A DNA stretch of 64,000 nucleotides, taken from Trichormus sp. ATA11-4-KO1 (GTDB lineage Bacteria > Cyanobacteriota > Cyanobacteriia > Cyanobacteriales > Nostocaceae). Shown here piece by piece: positions 9,201 through 19,837 of the stretch; positions within the stretch are counted from its first letter, which is position 1; every line of letters starts with the position of its first letter. The translations under genes were made by a program, and so were the position numbers. The stretch is from assembly GCA_019358915.1 (NCBI GenBank), contig JAHHIM010000036.1, positions 443,588 through 507,587 on the forward strand, in the 5' to 3' direction. The notes beneath the pieces are model-generated. The model was not told the DNA's origin and did not search any database. It was given only the letters and a program-made list of their open reading frames with translations.

Positions 9201-10604
9201 ATGAAGAATTTTGGCACCTTCACAACACTACGTCCCCAAAGTTTGTTAAGACATTTATTTAGCTGTTGTGACACTACTTGTTTAACAGCCTCTAGTAACT
9301 TAGTTACTTGGTCAATTTACCTCAAGCAGGGGACAATAACTTACGCGACCCATTCCATAGAACCTTTTGACCGATTAGAACGTCATTTGCGTCGTCTGAG
9401 TCATCAAATTCCCCGGCTGACTAGTGAAATTCGTGTGCAATTACGCTTAATTTTTGAAACTAACTTACACAGTCAGGTAGTCGAAGATCAGAGAGCAGTG
9501 AGCAATCAACCTGCTGATTATCATGCTATTCACTGGCTGATTAATCAAGGATATCTGGATGCGTCACAAGCCACATTGTTGATTCAAGAATTAGTTAAAG
9601 AAGTAATTGAATCATTTCTGTTACTTAAAAACGGGACTTATGAGTTAAGTGACTCACAGCAAAGAATATCAGAAATATGTAGACTGGATGTAGAAAAAGT
9701 TATAGAATACTGCCAAATTCAATTACAAGATTGGCAGACTTTATCGCCTTACATCTCTTCACCTTATCAGCGTCCATATGTCTTAATTACCAGTAAAGTT
9801 CACAATAACAATTTCCCAGACCTCCAATCAAATTTAACCAATTGGATGAAGGGTTTTAGCTTACGTCATCTTGCTGTGATAATGAATCAAGATGAAATTG
9901 CATTGGCTAAAAAATTATATCCTTACATTATCAAAGGAGAAATTATATTACATGAACCAGACCCACCTTTTGAGCAGTTACCCTGGACTGTGGCAAAATT
10001 AACATCATCTACTGTCCATAAAACAGCATTACTGAATAAAAGTTTAGGAGGAGTGTCCGTAGAAAACAGTAACAATATTACTCAAAATTCATCTGTTATT
10101 CCTGTAAAAAATCTCACTTTTATAGAGCGTTTTCAAAATGTTTCTGCTCCTGCAACCAAAAATGATCAAGGATTAACAATATCAGATAACATAAATTCCC
10201 CATCTGAAAGAGTAACGGCTGCTACTATCACCACCAAAAAAGTTTATAAAATTGTTTCTGTAGATGATAGTCCGACTATCCTTAAAGAAATTAGCCGTTT
10301 CTTAGAAAGTGAAAATTTTGCTGTAGTCGCCATTAATGATCCGCTAAAAGCTGTGATGTCGATTATTAGGCACAAACCAGACTTAATTTTACTGGATCTC
10401 AACATGGCCGGAATTGATGGTTATGAGTTGTGCCGGATTATACGAAATAATTCCATGTTCCTAAACACACCGATTATTTTTGTCACAGGTTATAAGGGAA
10501 TTGTAGACAAGGTAAAAGCGAGATTAGTAGGAGCATCTGGGTATTTAACTAAACCTTTTACACGTGCAGAATTATTAAAAATTGTCTTTATGCACTTGAT
10601 TTGA
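9201..10604 (+). CDS. PatA-family response regulator (PATAN-like N-terminus plus C-terminal receiver)
   Basis: N-terminal W.IYL..G.I.YATHS. Receiver motifs VDDS, PDLILLDLNM..IDGYELC, GA.GYLTKPF. Start placed at ATG 9201. Confidence 0.85.
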   Translation: MKNFGTFTTLRPQSLLRHLFSCCDTTCLTASSNLVTWSIYLKQGTITYATHSIEPFDRLERHLRRLSHQIPRLTSEIRVQLRLIFETNLHSQVVEDQRAVSNQPADYHAIHWLINQGYLDASQATLLIQELVKEVIESFLLLKNGTYELSDSQQRISEICRLDVEKVIEYCQIQLQDWQTLSPYISSPYQRPYVLITSKVHNNNFPDLQSNLTNWMKGFSLRHLAVIMNQDEIALAKKLYPYIIKGEIILHEPDPPFEQLPWTVAKLTSSTVHKTALLNKSLGGVSVENSNNITQNSSVIPVKNLTFIERFQNVSAPATKNDQGLTISDNINSPSERVTAATITTKKVYKIVSVDDSPTILKEISRFLESENFAVVAINDPLKAVMSIIRHKPDLILLDLNMAGIDGYELCRIIRNNSMFLNTPIIFVTGYKGIVDKVKARLVGASGYLTKPFTRAELLKIVFMHLI

Positions 10605-10693
10605 TTTAGTATAAATTATGAAGCGTGCTTGATGCTATAGATATAGGATTGCATTTCATTTTTGAACAACACATAGTGGACTGACACACTTAT

Positions 10694-10830
10694 AGGACTT
10701 ACACAAAATACTTCTCTAACTCTCATTCCTCCGTGTTACGCCATTTGCTACAACGCGGGGAACCCGCGCAACGCAATAGCTCCTCTGTGCCTCTGCGGTT
10801 TGATTCTTCCGTAACTTGTGCGTAAGTCCT
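10694..10830. mobile_element. MITE-like element, TIR AGGACTTACACA...TGCGTAAGTCCT, with a nested GC-rich hairpin
   Basis: 12-bp TIR with 1 mismatch; internal cgcggggaacccgcg hairpin. Confidence 0.7.
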
Positions 10831-10868
10831 AACTTAAAATGATGCAAAAAATTTGTAGGTTGGGTGAA

Positions 10869-12014
10869 CTATTCTTCGTGTGGCAAAGCATTATCAATTG
10901 GTTGTTGATCGTCAGTGGGAATTTCTGTTGTCCCATTAACATCTGACATAGAAGATTCAGAAATTATCACCAACTCCCTTTCTTTTGGATGGTTATGTCC
11001 CCATTCATCCAGAACATCTTTAATCAATACTTCTTGTACCCAAATCTTGGCAACAACGGTTAAGGGTAAAGCTAAAAATAAGCCTAAAAAGCCAAAAAAA
11101 GTGACGAAAAAGATTTGGGAAATTAACGTCACAGCTGGCAGCAATGAGACTTGCTGCGCCATGACAATAGGTGTGATAAAATTACTCTCAGCCTGTTGAA
11201 TGAAAAAGTAGAGAATCAAGACAGCAACAGGTTTCCAGGGAGTATCCAACAGCGCGATCGCCATTGCTGGAACTACACTCAAAGTCGGGCCAAGATTGGG
11301 AATTAAGTTCAAAAACCCCGCGAGAATAGCTAAAGCTAATGCTGCCTTCACACCCAAAATTGATAAGCCAACGACACTCATTAAAGCCACTACACACATG
11401 GCAATAAAAGCGCCTGTAATCCATCCCTCCAGTGAGACTTCGCATTGATCTAAAATCCCTTCCACCCGTTGGCGATAAAATGAGGGGAATAACCGCACAA
11501 ACACTTTGCGGTAGGCTGGGGGATCTGCTAAAAACATTCCGGTTAAAACCATGACTAGCAGAACTTTTAGGACAACTTCCAAAGAACCAGAGACAAAGGC
11601 GAAAGAACTGCCTAGTAACCGATTGATAAATGGTTGTGCTTGTTGGATGAGGCTGTTGATATCAGGTACATAGGGAATTAACTGACTAGGAACTAAAGTT
11701 TTTAGTTGGTTAAACCAACTATTAAAGCGCTCCAAACCTTGGGGAACTCGATAAGTTAGTTCATTAAACTGAGTGGCAAAAGGCGGTACAATCAGCCAGA
11801 AAAAGCAGATAATGCCCATAAAGAAGATAGCCACCGACATGAGAACTGCGAATCCACGTTTTATCCCTAAGTGTTGAAAACGTTTCGCCAGGCGATTTAA
11901 TGTAGTAGCTAGCACAACTGCGGCAAATACCAGCAATAGCACTTGCCGAATTTGCCACAAGATATACAAAGAAAGAACTATGGCGATTAAGCCGATCCAT
12001 TGACCAAGGTTCAC
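10869..12014 (-). CDS. AI-2E family (PerM-like) transporter
   Basis: Multiple TM helices; NLIPNLGP, QQAESNFITP, GLFLALPL. Confidence 0.88.
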   Translation of the reverse strand: MNLGQWIGLIAIVLSLYILWQIRQVLLLVFAAVVLATTLNRLAKRFQHLGIKRGFAVLMSVAIFFMGIICFFWLIVPPFATQFNELTYRVPQGLERFNSWFNQLKTLVPSQLIPYVPDINSLIQQAQPFINRLLGSSFAFVSGSLEVVLKVLLVMVLTGMFLADPPAYRKVFVRLFPSFYRQRVEGILDQCEVSLEGWITGAFIAMCVVALMSVVGLSILGVKAALALAILAGFLNLIPNLGPTLSVVPAMAIALLDTPWKPVAVLILYFFIQQAESNFITPIVMAQQVSLLPAVTLISQIFFVTFFGFLGLFLALPLTVVAKIWVQEVLIKDVLDEWGHNHPKERELVIISESSMSDVNGTTEIPTDDQQPIDNALPHEE

Positions 12015-12085
12015 AGGCTGATTCTTCGCTGTCTAATTCAAATTAGGTTAGCTGATTTTAGCAACATCCGCCTAGATAATTTGTG

Positions 12086-12280
12086 TTAATTTTGTTTCTG
12101 TGCTGCCTGAAATCGCCAAAATAAAGCGATCGCCATGATCACAGGTGGTAACAAAACTATCATCAATGCGTTGGTATCTGTTGCCGGAATCGATAAACTC
12201 GGCGCTGCATACTTAATTAATAGGGACAGTACACCCGAAAGCACAAGCAATTTCACAATAAATCCGAGATTATTTTCCAT
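12086..12280 (-). CDS. Small two-TM hypothetical membrane protein
   Basis: MENNLGFIVKLLVLS...IKYAAP...ALMIVLLP; two hydrophobic segments. Confidence 0.65.
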   Translation of the reverse strand: MENNLGFIVKLLVLSGVLSLLIKYAAPSLSIPATDTNALMIVLLPPVIMAIALFWRFQAAQKQN

Positions 12281-12573
12281 AACAGTACGGCAATACACAT
12301 TTTTCTGTGGGGTATACCCGATATTGGGCTGCTGTCTTTAGTTTCTAGAATAGATCTAACAGACACAAATAATAGAGAACAAGAAATAGGGAAGTTATAT
12401 TTCTGGAAAAAATGCGCTGATAAATACCGCCATCACCACAAATCGTGAGTTTTCAGCCTTTTCGTAGTTACCGTGTAGTCCTCATAAATAAATTTTGTAC
12501 ACCAGACCTATGAAAATCTTCTTCCCTAACCCTTAAAGCCTAGTCCCTGTCGCATTTGGAGGGTACATCTTAA

Positions 12574-14511
12574 ATGCCTGTAGAAACTAATAACAAAAAA
12601 CCAACCAAACCGCCGCAAACAAGGCAGTTTGGCGGTAGTTTACTCATTCTGCTAACTTTTTTATTACTGCTTAACTTAATTGTTCCGAGTCTTTTAGAGA
12701 CACGTCAATCACAAGTTCCCTATAGTGAGTTTGTTGCTCAGGTTCAAGATGGCAAAGTTGAGCGAGCCATCGTGGGTAGCGATCGCATTGAATATACCAT
12801 CAAAACCCAAACCCCTGAAGGCAAAACTGTTGAACAAGTATTTACCACCACACCAGTGGCTATTGATCTAGATTTGCCTAAAATTCTCCGGGAACATGAT
12901 GTAGAGTTTACAGCACCACCTCCAGCACAAAATGGTTGGATTGGCACATTACTTAGCTGGATTGCTCCACCATTAATTTTCTTTGGAATATGGGCTTTTT
13001 TAATCAATCGTCAAGGCGGTGGCCCGGCTGCACTCACAATAGGTAAAAGCAAAGCTCGGATCTATTCTGAAGGTAGTACTGGTGTGCAATTTACTGATGT
13101 GGCTGGTGTTGATGAAGCTAAGTCCGAATTAGAAGAAATTGTCGATTTTCTCAAAAATGCGGCTAAATACACCAGATTGGGAGCAAAAATTCCCAAAGGT
13201 GTGTTGTTGGTAGGTCCTCCAGGAACTGGTAAAACCATGCTAGCAAAAGCGATCGCTGGTGAAGCTGGCGTTCCCTTTTTCAGTATTTCTGGTTCAGAAT
13301 TTATTGAATTATTCGTGGGCGTAGGTGCTTCACGCGTCCGCGACTTATTTGAACAAGCCAAACAACAAGCTCCCTGTATTGTCTTTATTGACGAGTTAGA
13401 CGCACTGGGTAAGTCTCGCGGTGGTGCTGGACAAATTATGGGTGGTAACGATGAGCGCGAACAAACCCTCAACCAATTACTCAGCGAAATGGATGGCTTT
13501 GATGCTAACACAGGGGTGATTATCATCGCCGCTACCAACCGTCCCGAAGTGATTGACCCCGCCTTACGTCGTCCTGGTCGATTTGACCGTCAAGTTGTGG
13601 TTGACCGACCTGATAAAAGCGGTCGTGAAGCTATTCTCAAAGTCCATGCCAGAAATGTCAAATTGGCTAATGATGTGGATTTATCAATTATTGCCGCCAG
13701 GACTCCTGGTTTTGCTGGTGCAGATTTAGCTAATCTTGTCAATGAAGCAGCATTATTGGCAGCTAGGCAAAATCGTCAAGCAGTATTCATGGCAGATTTT
13801 AATGAAGCCATTGAGCGTTTGGTGGCTGGTTTAGAAAAACGCTCTCGTGTTTTGAATGAAGTGGAGAAAACAACTGTAGCTTATCACGAAGTCGGTCATG
13901 CTATCATCGGTGCATTAATGCCTGGTGCGGGGAAAGTCGAAAAAATTTCTGTTGTCCCCCGTGGTGTCGGGGCGCTGGGTTATACAATTCAGATGCCAGA
14001 AGAAGACCGCTTCTTGATGATAGAAGACGAAATTCGCGGACGGATTGCCACTTTGTTGGGTGGACGTTCTGCCGAAGAAATTGTTTTTGGCAAAGTTTCC
14101 ACAGGTGCAGCTGATGACATCCAAAAAGCCACTGACTTAGCTGAACGAGCCATTACCCTCTATGGGATGAGCGAAAAATTAGGGCCTGTAGCTTTTGAAA
14201 AGATTCAACAGCAGTTTTTAGAAGGTTATGGCAATCCCCGCCGTGCTATCAGTCCCAAGGTGGCTGAAGAAATTGACCGGGAAGTTAAGCAGACAGTAGA
14301 TAATGCTCACCACATAGCTTTAAGCATATTACATCATAACCGTGAGTTGTTAGAAGAGACAGCACAGGCATTATTAGATAAAGAAATTCTCGAAGGAGCC
14401 AAACTGCGGGAACGTCTCAACCGAGTGCAAGCACCAGATGAGCTCAATGAATGGTTACGGACTGGTAAGTTATCAGAAGATAAACCGCTAATGCAATCAC
14501 TGCTAGTGTAA
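12574..14511 (+). CDS. ftsH: ATP-dependent zinc metalloprotease FtsH (FtsH4-like)
   Basis: Two TM helices, Walker [27 protein letters not shown] zinc motif. Confidence 0.96.
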   Translation: MPVETNNKKPTKPPQTRQFGGSLLILLTFLLLLNLIVPSLLETRQSQVPYSEFVAQVQDGKVERAIVGSDRIEYTIKTQTPEGKTVEQVFTTTPVAIDLDLPKILREHDVEFTAPPPAQNGWIGTLLSWIAPPLIFFGIWAFLINRQGGGPAALTIGKSKARIYSEGSTGVQFTDVAGVDEAKSELEEIVDFLKNAAKYTRLGAKIPKGVLLVGPPGTGKTMLAKAIAGEAGVPFFSISGSEFIELFVGVGASRVRDLFEQAKQQAPCIVFIDELDALGKSRGGAGQIMGGNDEREQTLNQLLSEMDGFDANTGVIIIAATNRPEVIDPALRRPGRFDRQVVVDRPDKSGREAILKVHARNVKLANDVDLSIIAARTPGFAGADLANLVNEAALLAARQNRQAVFMADFNEAIERLVAGLEKRSRVLNEVEKTTVAYHEVGHAIIGALMPGAGKVEKISVVPRGVGALGYTIQMPEEDRFLMIEDEIRGRIATLLGGRSAEEIVFGKVSTGAADDIQKATDLAERAITLYGMSEKLGPVAFEKIQQQFLEGYGNPRRAISPKVAEEIDREVKQTVDNAHHIALSILHHNRELLEETAQALLDKEILEGAKLRERLNRVQAPDELNEWLRTGKLSEDKPLMQSLLV

Positions 14512-14529
14512 AAATTTGGCATTGAATTG

Positions 14530-14565
14530 AAAAGCGATCGCCCATTTCCAGAGCGATCGCTTTTT
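14530..14565. terminator. Bidirectional hairpin terminator made of two HIP1 sites
   Basis: AAAAGCGATCGC-N11-GCGATCGCTTTTT between the convergent ftsH and DUF2795 genes. Confidence 0.65.
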
Positions 14566-14601
14566 GCATATTCTTAATACTGTTACCCACCACATTAGGA
14601 A

Positions 14602-14793
14602 TTATTTAACTTCACCAAACGCATGTTCTACGTCTGCCATGTTGTTATATTCCCGCTCTGGCATTTGTTGAAGGACGTTGATGATTTCTTCGTTAGCATT
14701 TTTCTCTCTGGCATGGTTGACTAAATCCTGTTTATTTGCCGGAAAATCTATGCCACTGAGAGTTCTTGAAATATCAATTGCAGATACTGCCAT
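14602..14793 (-). CDS. DUF2795 family small protein
   Basis: L.GIDFPANKQDLV.HA.....LP.REY....DV pattern (MPEREY here). Confidence 0.8.
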   Translation of the reverse strand: MAVSAIDISRTLSGIDFPANKQDLVNHAREKNANEEIINVLQQMPEREYNNMADVEHAFGEVK

Positions 14794-15141
14794 AACTTAC
14801 CTCTGTTAGTTGGTTGTTTGATATATGTCTAGGCTATTGGCGATCGCTATCTCTAATTCTCTACCTGCAGATGTATCTTATACCTCGAAATTTTTGTAAT
14901 CTCATATACATGATTTTTCTATTTTAGATACTCTTGAAAAATCTCTTTTTGTTCTTTAACTCTGTGATCTCTGTGGTAAACGTTTCCTAACCCAGCACAA
15001 TTAACTTGCCAGACTACTAAAATTTATTGTCCAAAAACCGAGAAAATTTGGGAATTTTCTCTTAAAATATCTATTTGTTTTTGAGGATTATGGCGCAAAA
15101 TTGCTTAATTGACGAGAAAAAATGCTACATTGCAATGTTAT

Positions 15142-15597
15142 TCAAGAATGCTGTTGTTTCCATTTCTCCCACAGAGGACGTACATCCTCTGGTTGCCTAT
15201 CGTAGTTAAGCAACTGGTCTGAAATTATCACCCACGGCTGGGCATTGCGTGTCCAAAGATTGCCAACTGGATGCAACCAGCTTGTATCATCTAGCGTTCC
15301 AGCTTTGACATTGATCGTGTTTGGGCTGTAAGTCCGCTCATGAAATAATCGCGTTCCGCAGTCACCACAGAACAGATTTTTTACTTCACGTCCGCTATCA
15401 GCTTTGCGAATCCAAGCTTTTGGTTGCCCGTGAATAATGACCACAGCATCTCGTGGTACAGTCAGTGACATACCAAAGGCACTAGAGGATTGTTTTTGAC
15501 ACTCTTTGCAGTGGCACACATAAAGAGTTAATGCTTGGGCGCGGATTTCGTAACGAATCTGACCACATTGACAACCCCCAGTATATGGAAGACTCAC
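15142..15597 (-). CDS. GFA family (CENP-V/GFA) zinc protein
   Basis: GGCQCGQIRY, CHCKECQK, FCGDCGT, GTLDD. Confidence 0.92.
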   Translation of the reverse strand: MSLPYTGGCQCGQIRYEIRAQALTLYVCHCKECQKQSSSAFGMSLTVPRDAVVIIHGQPKAWIRKADSGREVKNLFCGDCGTRLFHERTYSPNTINVKAGTLDDTSWLHPVGNLWTRNAQPWVIISDQLLNYDRQPEDVRPLWEKWKQQHS

Positions 15598-16043
15598 AAA
15601 TTTTTTCTCCTCAAGAATTAGCTATTACTCTGTGCAACTAAGGCTATCTCACTTTTGAAGCAAGCAAATTTTAGCAAATAAAGTTAGCCCAATATCGCTT
15701 TTCTAATTTCGCTTGAACCTCACTTTTGCCAAGTAATCTGGCACCAGAAAAGTGGATAAAGCTCAGCCTACGCTAACTCGTTGAAGAAATAATCAATGCT
15801 TAATCTAATTACAAAGAAGTATTAAAGTGACGCTGCTAAATTTGCATTGGTTTAAGTGCAATTTTAATTGTATCAACTGTCTCGTTTGAATTGCCAAATC
15901 AAGGGATAGTAGAGCGCGTTTAGCAGTCTACTGCTAACTTTAAGTACTCCTTTAAAACCTTTGCCATGCATTGATACAACTTTTGTCAAGGGGGGAAATT
16001 CAGTTTAGTCTGAACTTCCCCCAAGCAAAAAACACTGATTTTA

Positions 16044-17846
16044 TTAACTTCGTTGCCAAATTTTAATTGTCTTATCCAAACTACCACTGACTAACATTTC
16101 CCCGGAAGCAGTGAAAGCTAAAGCTGTGATTGTATTGCCATGACCTGTAAAAGTACCCAACAATTCACCTGTTTCTAAATGCCACAACTTAATAGTTTGA
16201 TCAGCGCTACCACTAGCGATAATTTGTTCATCAGGACTCAGGGCGATCGCATACACTTGATCTCTATGGCCTTTCAGGGTGCGAATTAATTTCCCAGTTT
16301 CCAAGTGCCAAATTTTTATTGTTTGATCCCAACTACCACTGACAAGCAGTTTACCATCTGCACTGAGTGCCAGGGAACGCACAATATGCGAATGACCTGT
16401 GAGGGTGTATAACGGTTGTGCATCTTTGAGAATTTTCCCTCTGCTGGGGTGTGAGGTTTGCCAAACTTTGATTTTGCGGTAGCTACCTGTTACCAAAGTT
16501 TGTCCATCTCGACTGAGAACTAGGGAATGAGCAACTGTATCATCTAAAGATAAGGCGATCGCTACTTGACGTTGCATCAAATCCCAAAATAGAACTTTTC
16601 TGTCATCTCCACCAGTGGCTAACATCCGTCCATCTGGTGTGAACGCCACGCACCGCACCATGCCATTATGCTTGTGCATAATATCTATCAAATCTAGTGC
16701 GCCTATGTGCCAAATCTTAATTGTGGAATCTGCACCACCACTGACTAAAGTTTGTCCATCAGCACTAAAGGCGAGGGAATTCACTTCATCCACTAACCCA
16801 GATACCACCCAAGGATACTCTGATAATGTCTCTATTAATTCGCCCTTACTTAAATCCCATAGCTTTGTCTCACCACGACTACCACTTGCTAATATGGGCG
16901 CAGTTGTGCCATTATTGCACCTGGAACTAAAGGCTAAACAATTAATTCCTCTAGTGTGACCTTTTAATGTCTGCCAGCATTCCCAGTCACCGATTATATC
17001 CTTGCGGGGATGTTCTGGCGGCAAAGTCTGAATTGTTTCTGCGATCGTGTTTTCATCAACTAGTAATGGGATATCTTCTTTGGCGATTTTTTTGGTAATT
17101 AATGATTCTAAATACCAACTTAATCCCCCCGCATACAACAAATTACTCGGAGTGACGTACAGTTTTGGTTCGGTAAATTCAATTTGCTTAGTAGGTAAAA
17201 AACCAGTAATTACCGCATGTTTTTCCGAGCCTAATTTACTAGGAGATAGATAAAATAAACATAGAAAAATTAATACTTGGTGATTCCTCAAATCCTCTTG
17301 CGTAACTGACCACCTAATTTTGTTTTTCTTAATACCGTTAAAACTTTCTCCATCAGCTGCGTAAACTTGAATACTCAGCTTCGGGTTATTTGCAAGCAAG
17401 TAAGTAAATTTGCTCTCACCGCGTAAGTTTCCCTCATCATCTAACACCATGTTTCGCAAGGTATCTTGTGGTAACTTTTTCACCAACTTACCCAGACGTT
17501 CAGTCATTACCTGTCCGACAATTTGCTCTCGCAAAAGATAATCTTCTGCTTGTTGCTGGAAGTATTTGGGAAAAGGTATCACCCAGTCAGGAGGTTCAGG
17601 ATATTCAGGTGGTGTAGGCGGGGGATTTTTAGCCAAAATTTCGGCTTGTTGACGAGCAAATTTCCGGATTTCGACCAATGGCTCGCCCGAAAATGCCATA
17701 ATTTCACTGTGACATCCTTTAACTTGACTTTCCAACAAAGATAAATCGTAAGTTTTAGGTTTTTTCACACGTTGAAGAAAGTCGGCTTGTTGAGCTTTTA
17801 GTAAGCTAATCCAATCCATTTGCATTCCAGCAGCACAATATTGCAT
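16044..17846 (-). CDS. WD40 repeat protein with an uncharacterised N-terminal domain
   Basis: About 7 GH...LVSGS.D.TIKIW repeats in the C-terminal half. Confidence 0.9.
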   Translation of the reverse strand: MQYCAAGMQMDWISLLKAQQADFLQRVKKPKTYDLSLLESQVKGCHSEIMAFSGEPLVEIRKFARQQAEILAKNPPPTPPEYPEPPDWVIPFPKYFQQQAEDYLLREQIVGQVMTERLGKLVKKLPQDTLRNMVLDDEGNLRGESKFTYLLANNPKLSIQVYAADGESFNGIKKNKIRWSVTQEDLRNHQVLIFLCLFYLSPSKLGSEKHAVITGFLPTKQIEFTEPKLYVTPSNLLYAGGLSWYLESLITKKIAKEDIPLLVDENTIAETIQTLPPEHPRKDIIGDWECWQTLKGHTRGINCLAFSSRCNNGTTAPILASGSRGETKLWDLSKGELIETLSEYPWVVSGLVDEVNSLAFSADGQTLVSGGADSTIKIWHIGALDLIDIMHKHNGMVRCVAFTPDGRMLATGGDDRKVLFWDLMQRQVAIALSLDDTVAHSLVLSRDGQTLVTGSYRKIKVWQTSHPSRGKILKDAQPLYTLTGHSHIVRSLALSADGKLLVSGSWDQTIKIWHLETGKLIRTLKGHRDQVYAIALSPDEQIIASGSADQTIKLWHLETGELLGTFTGHGNTITALAFTASGEMLVSGSLDKTIKIWQRS

Positions 17847-18231
17847 ACCTAAGGTAAGCTATACCAACGTAATTACTCAAGTTTATAACTTCTAGTTAAT
17901 TAAAAATTACGTGAACCTCGCAGTCTAATGGAACACATTTATGGTCATATGTTCGTGAGTAGTACACATCTAGGCAGCACTCAGACGATTAATCGACTAA
18001 CATGACTGCGGTATGGTTAATTAGATGATGTCTGTCAATTCTAACTAACCTGAACAACGAGATACTGTTTTCCTAGAAACAGTTCTATCCGCAAAAGAAA
18101 GTATGATTTAAGAAAAACTCTGATATTCGCAGTGACGTTAAGCCAACAATTAGCTATGACTAAACAATTAGCATCACTATATCTAGTGTTTATGTTTTAA
18201 ATTGCTCATAAATCAAGCATATTGGCTAATA

Positions 18232-18603
18232 TTAAGCTTTGTCTTCATTGATAGTAGGCTTAGTACTATCACTTATTTCTAGTTGTTTAATTTTCATCCG
18301 TAAATCAAAGTCATCACTGCTCACTATTGTTTCCAAATTGACTAATCTTTGCTCTAAAAGTTCTATTTGCTGAGATTGCAAATACTGATTTTTTGATTTT
18401 TTTTCATCAGCACGCCATATGGCAATAGTCCCAACTGCTGCACCACCAATAGCGGCTAAAGGAAGAATGGGACCACTTTTAGTAACAGATGAAAGTGGGA
18501 TGCAAATTCCTAGAATACCAACGGTCATTCCCCATATCTTTGTGGTAGCAGTTAATCTGATGTCTTGAGATGATTCTATGTCTTTTTGCGGTTGTTTACT
18601 CAT
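18232..18603 (-). CDS. Small two-TM membrane protein with a PspC-like C-terminal helix
   Basis: Two hydrophobic segments, then LEQRLVNLETIVSSDDFDLRMKIKQL. Confidence 0.65.
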   Translation of the reverse strand: MSKQPQKDIESSQDIRLTATTKIWGMTVGILGICIPLSSVTKSGPILPLAAIGGAAVGTIAIWRADEKKSKNQYLQSQQIELLEQRLVNLETIVSSDDFDLRMKIKQLEISDSTKPTINEDKA

Positions 18604-18826
18604 AAGTCTCTCTGAGAAGATTTACTTGTTAGATTCGCATAATCCCTGACAAATATACCTCCTACAACTGGTTAAGTATAATTGCTCTACGTGAACTGAG
18701 GAAGTTTTAAATTACCGTGTTTAAATTTTAACATTCCCATATATTTCTTGATTTATTTGGCTTAGATGCTAGCTAAAAACTGAATGAATACGCAGATTTT
18801 TTAGAAGTGATGTGAGGAAGCCGCAG

Positions 18827-19810
18827 ATGAATATCCGAGCCATTGTTGAAGCTGCCAAAGTTGATGATGCTCAATCTCCTTACGATACCATCCACCTGAA
18901 AATTCTCTATCCGGCGTTGATTTTGAAGAGTGATGTAGAGAAAAATATGGGAATTATGCCTGTTAATCCAGAAAAGGCTCCTTTCCCGGTGGTGATTCTC
19001 TTCAGTGGCTTTAACTGTGATGCCCAACAATACCAATGGTTAGGAGTTAAACTGGCTGAACGTAGACTAGTTGTAGTGTTGTTTAACTGGATTGCGGAAA
19101 CCCTACCAGGAATGACTAGTTTTACCCCTGGGTTTAATTTAGAACATAGAAAACCAACACTTTATCGTACCGCTCCCACGGCTTCGGCTTTACCAGCAGT
19201 GCTGGCTACATTAGAAAAGTTACAAACCAGGGGGATTTTAGCTGGAAAGCTTGACTTGCAACGCATCATTTTAGGTGGGCACTCAGAAGGTGGTAGAGTA
19301 GCCATGGAAAACGCTGATCCTCAGTTTTTCCCTCAAGTTGCAGCATCATTTGCTTACGGTACACATACAGCCGGAATGATGATGTTGGGACATGAAGCCA
19401 ATCATATTTTGCCTCTACCAGATTCTCTGCCTCTGCTAATCATGGGCGGAACTTGTGATGGCATAATTGCTAACAGCAACCCTCATTATGGCTTGATTGC
19501 AGGAAATGCTACTACTCCAGTCATACGTACATTCCATGAAGCAATTACAGGCGGAAGAAATGACAGCTATCTAGTAATTTTGGCAGGAGCAAATCATTTT
19601 TCGATAGTTGACTCCTACGACGAAACAGCCGCCATACCCTTTGTTGACTTCCCTGCTACTCAACCCCAAGCAGATATCCGGTTGCTGATGGCTGAAATTA
19701 TTGGTTCATTTATTGATACTTGTGTACGCCACCAACCAGAGATATTTCCAGAGCTTGAGGAATTATTAAATACTGCCAATCCTTTGATAAAATCCTTTGA
19801 GCGTAAATAA
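18827..19810 (+). CDS. Alpha/beta hydrolase (chlorophyllase/dienelactone-hydrolase-like)
   Basis: FPVVILFSG, GHSEGG nucleophile elbow, GGTCDG, GANHFS. Confidence 0.8.
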   Translation: MNIRAIVEAAKVDDAQSPYDTIHLKILYPALILKSDVEKNMGIMPVNPEKAPFPVVILFSGFNCDAQQYQWLGVKLAERRLVVVLFNWIAETLPGMTSFTPGFNLEHRKPTLYRTAPTASALPAVLATLEKLQTRGILAGKLDLQRIILGGHSEGGRVAMENADPQFFPQVAASFAYGTHTAGMMMLGHEANHILPLPDSLPLLIMGGTCDGIIANSNPHYGLIAGNATTPVIRTFHEAITGGRNDSYLVILAGANHFSIVDSYDETAAIPFVDFPATQPQADIRLLMAEIIGSFIDTCVRHQPEIFPELEELLNTANPLIKSFERK

Positions 19811-19837
19811 TTAATTTGTAAGTATTGAAACAATTTT

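Noticed and set aside
9201..10604. Calling this gene patA itself
   Set aside because: The domain layout fits the family, but it is longer than I recall for PatA and several paralogues exist; symbol withheld.
17955..18065. Possible mobile-element remnant or sRNA upstream of the WD40 gene
   Set aside because: Only a weak terminal similarity and no second copy in the window; cannot be supported.
18777..18815. Short frame KLNEYADFLEVM* that could be the tail of a deleted upstream gene
   Set aside because: Twelve codons with no start; needs a tBLASTn search to mean anything.
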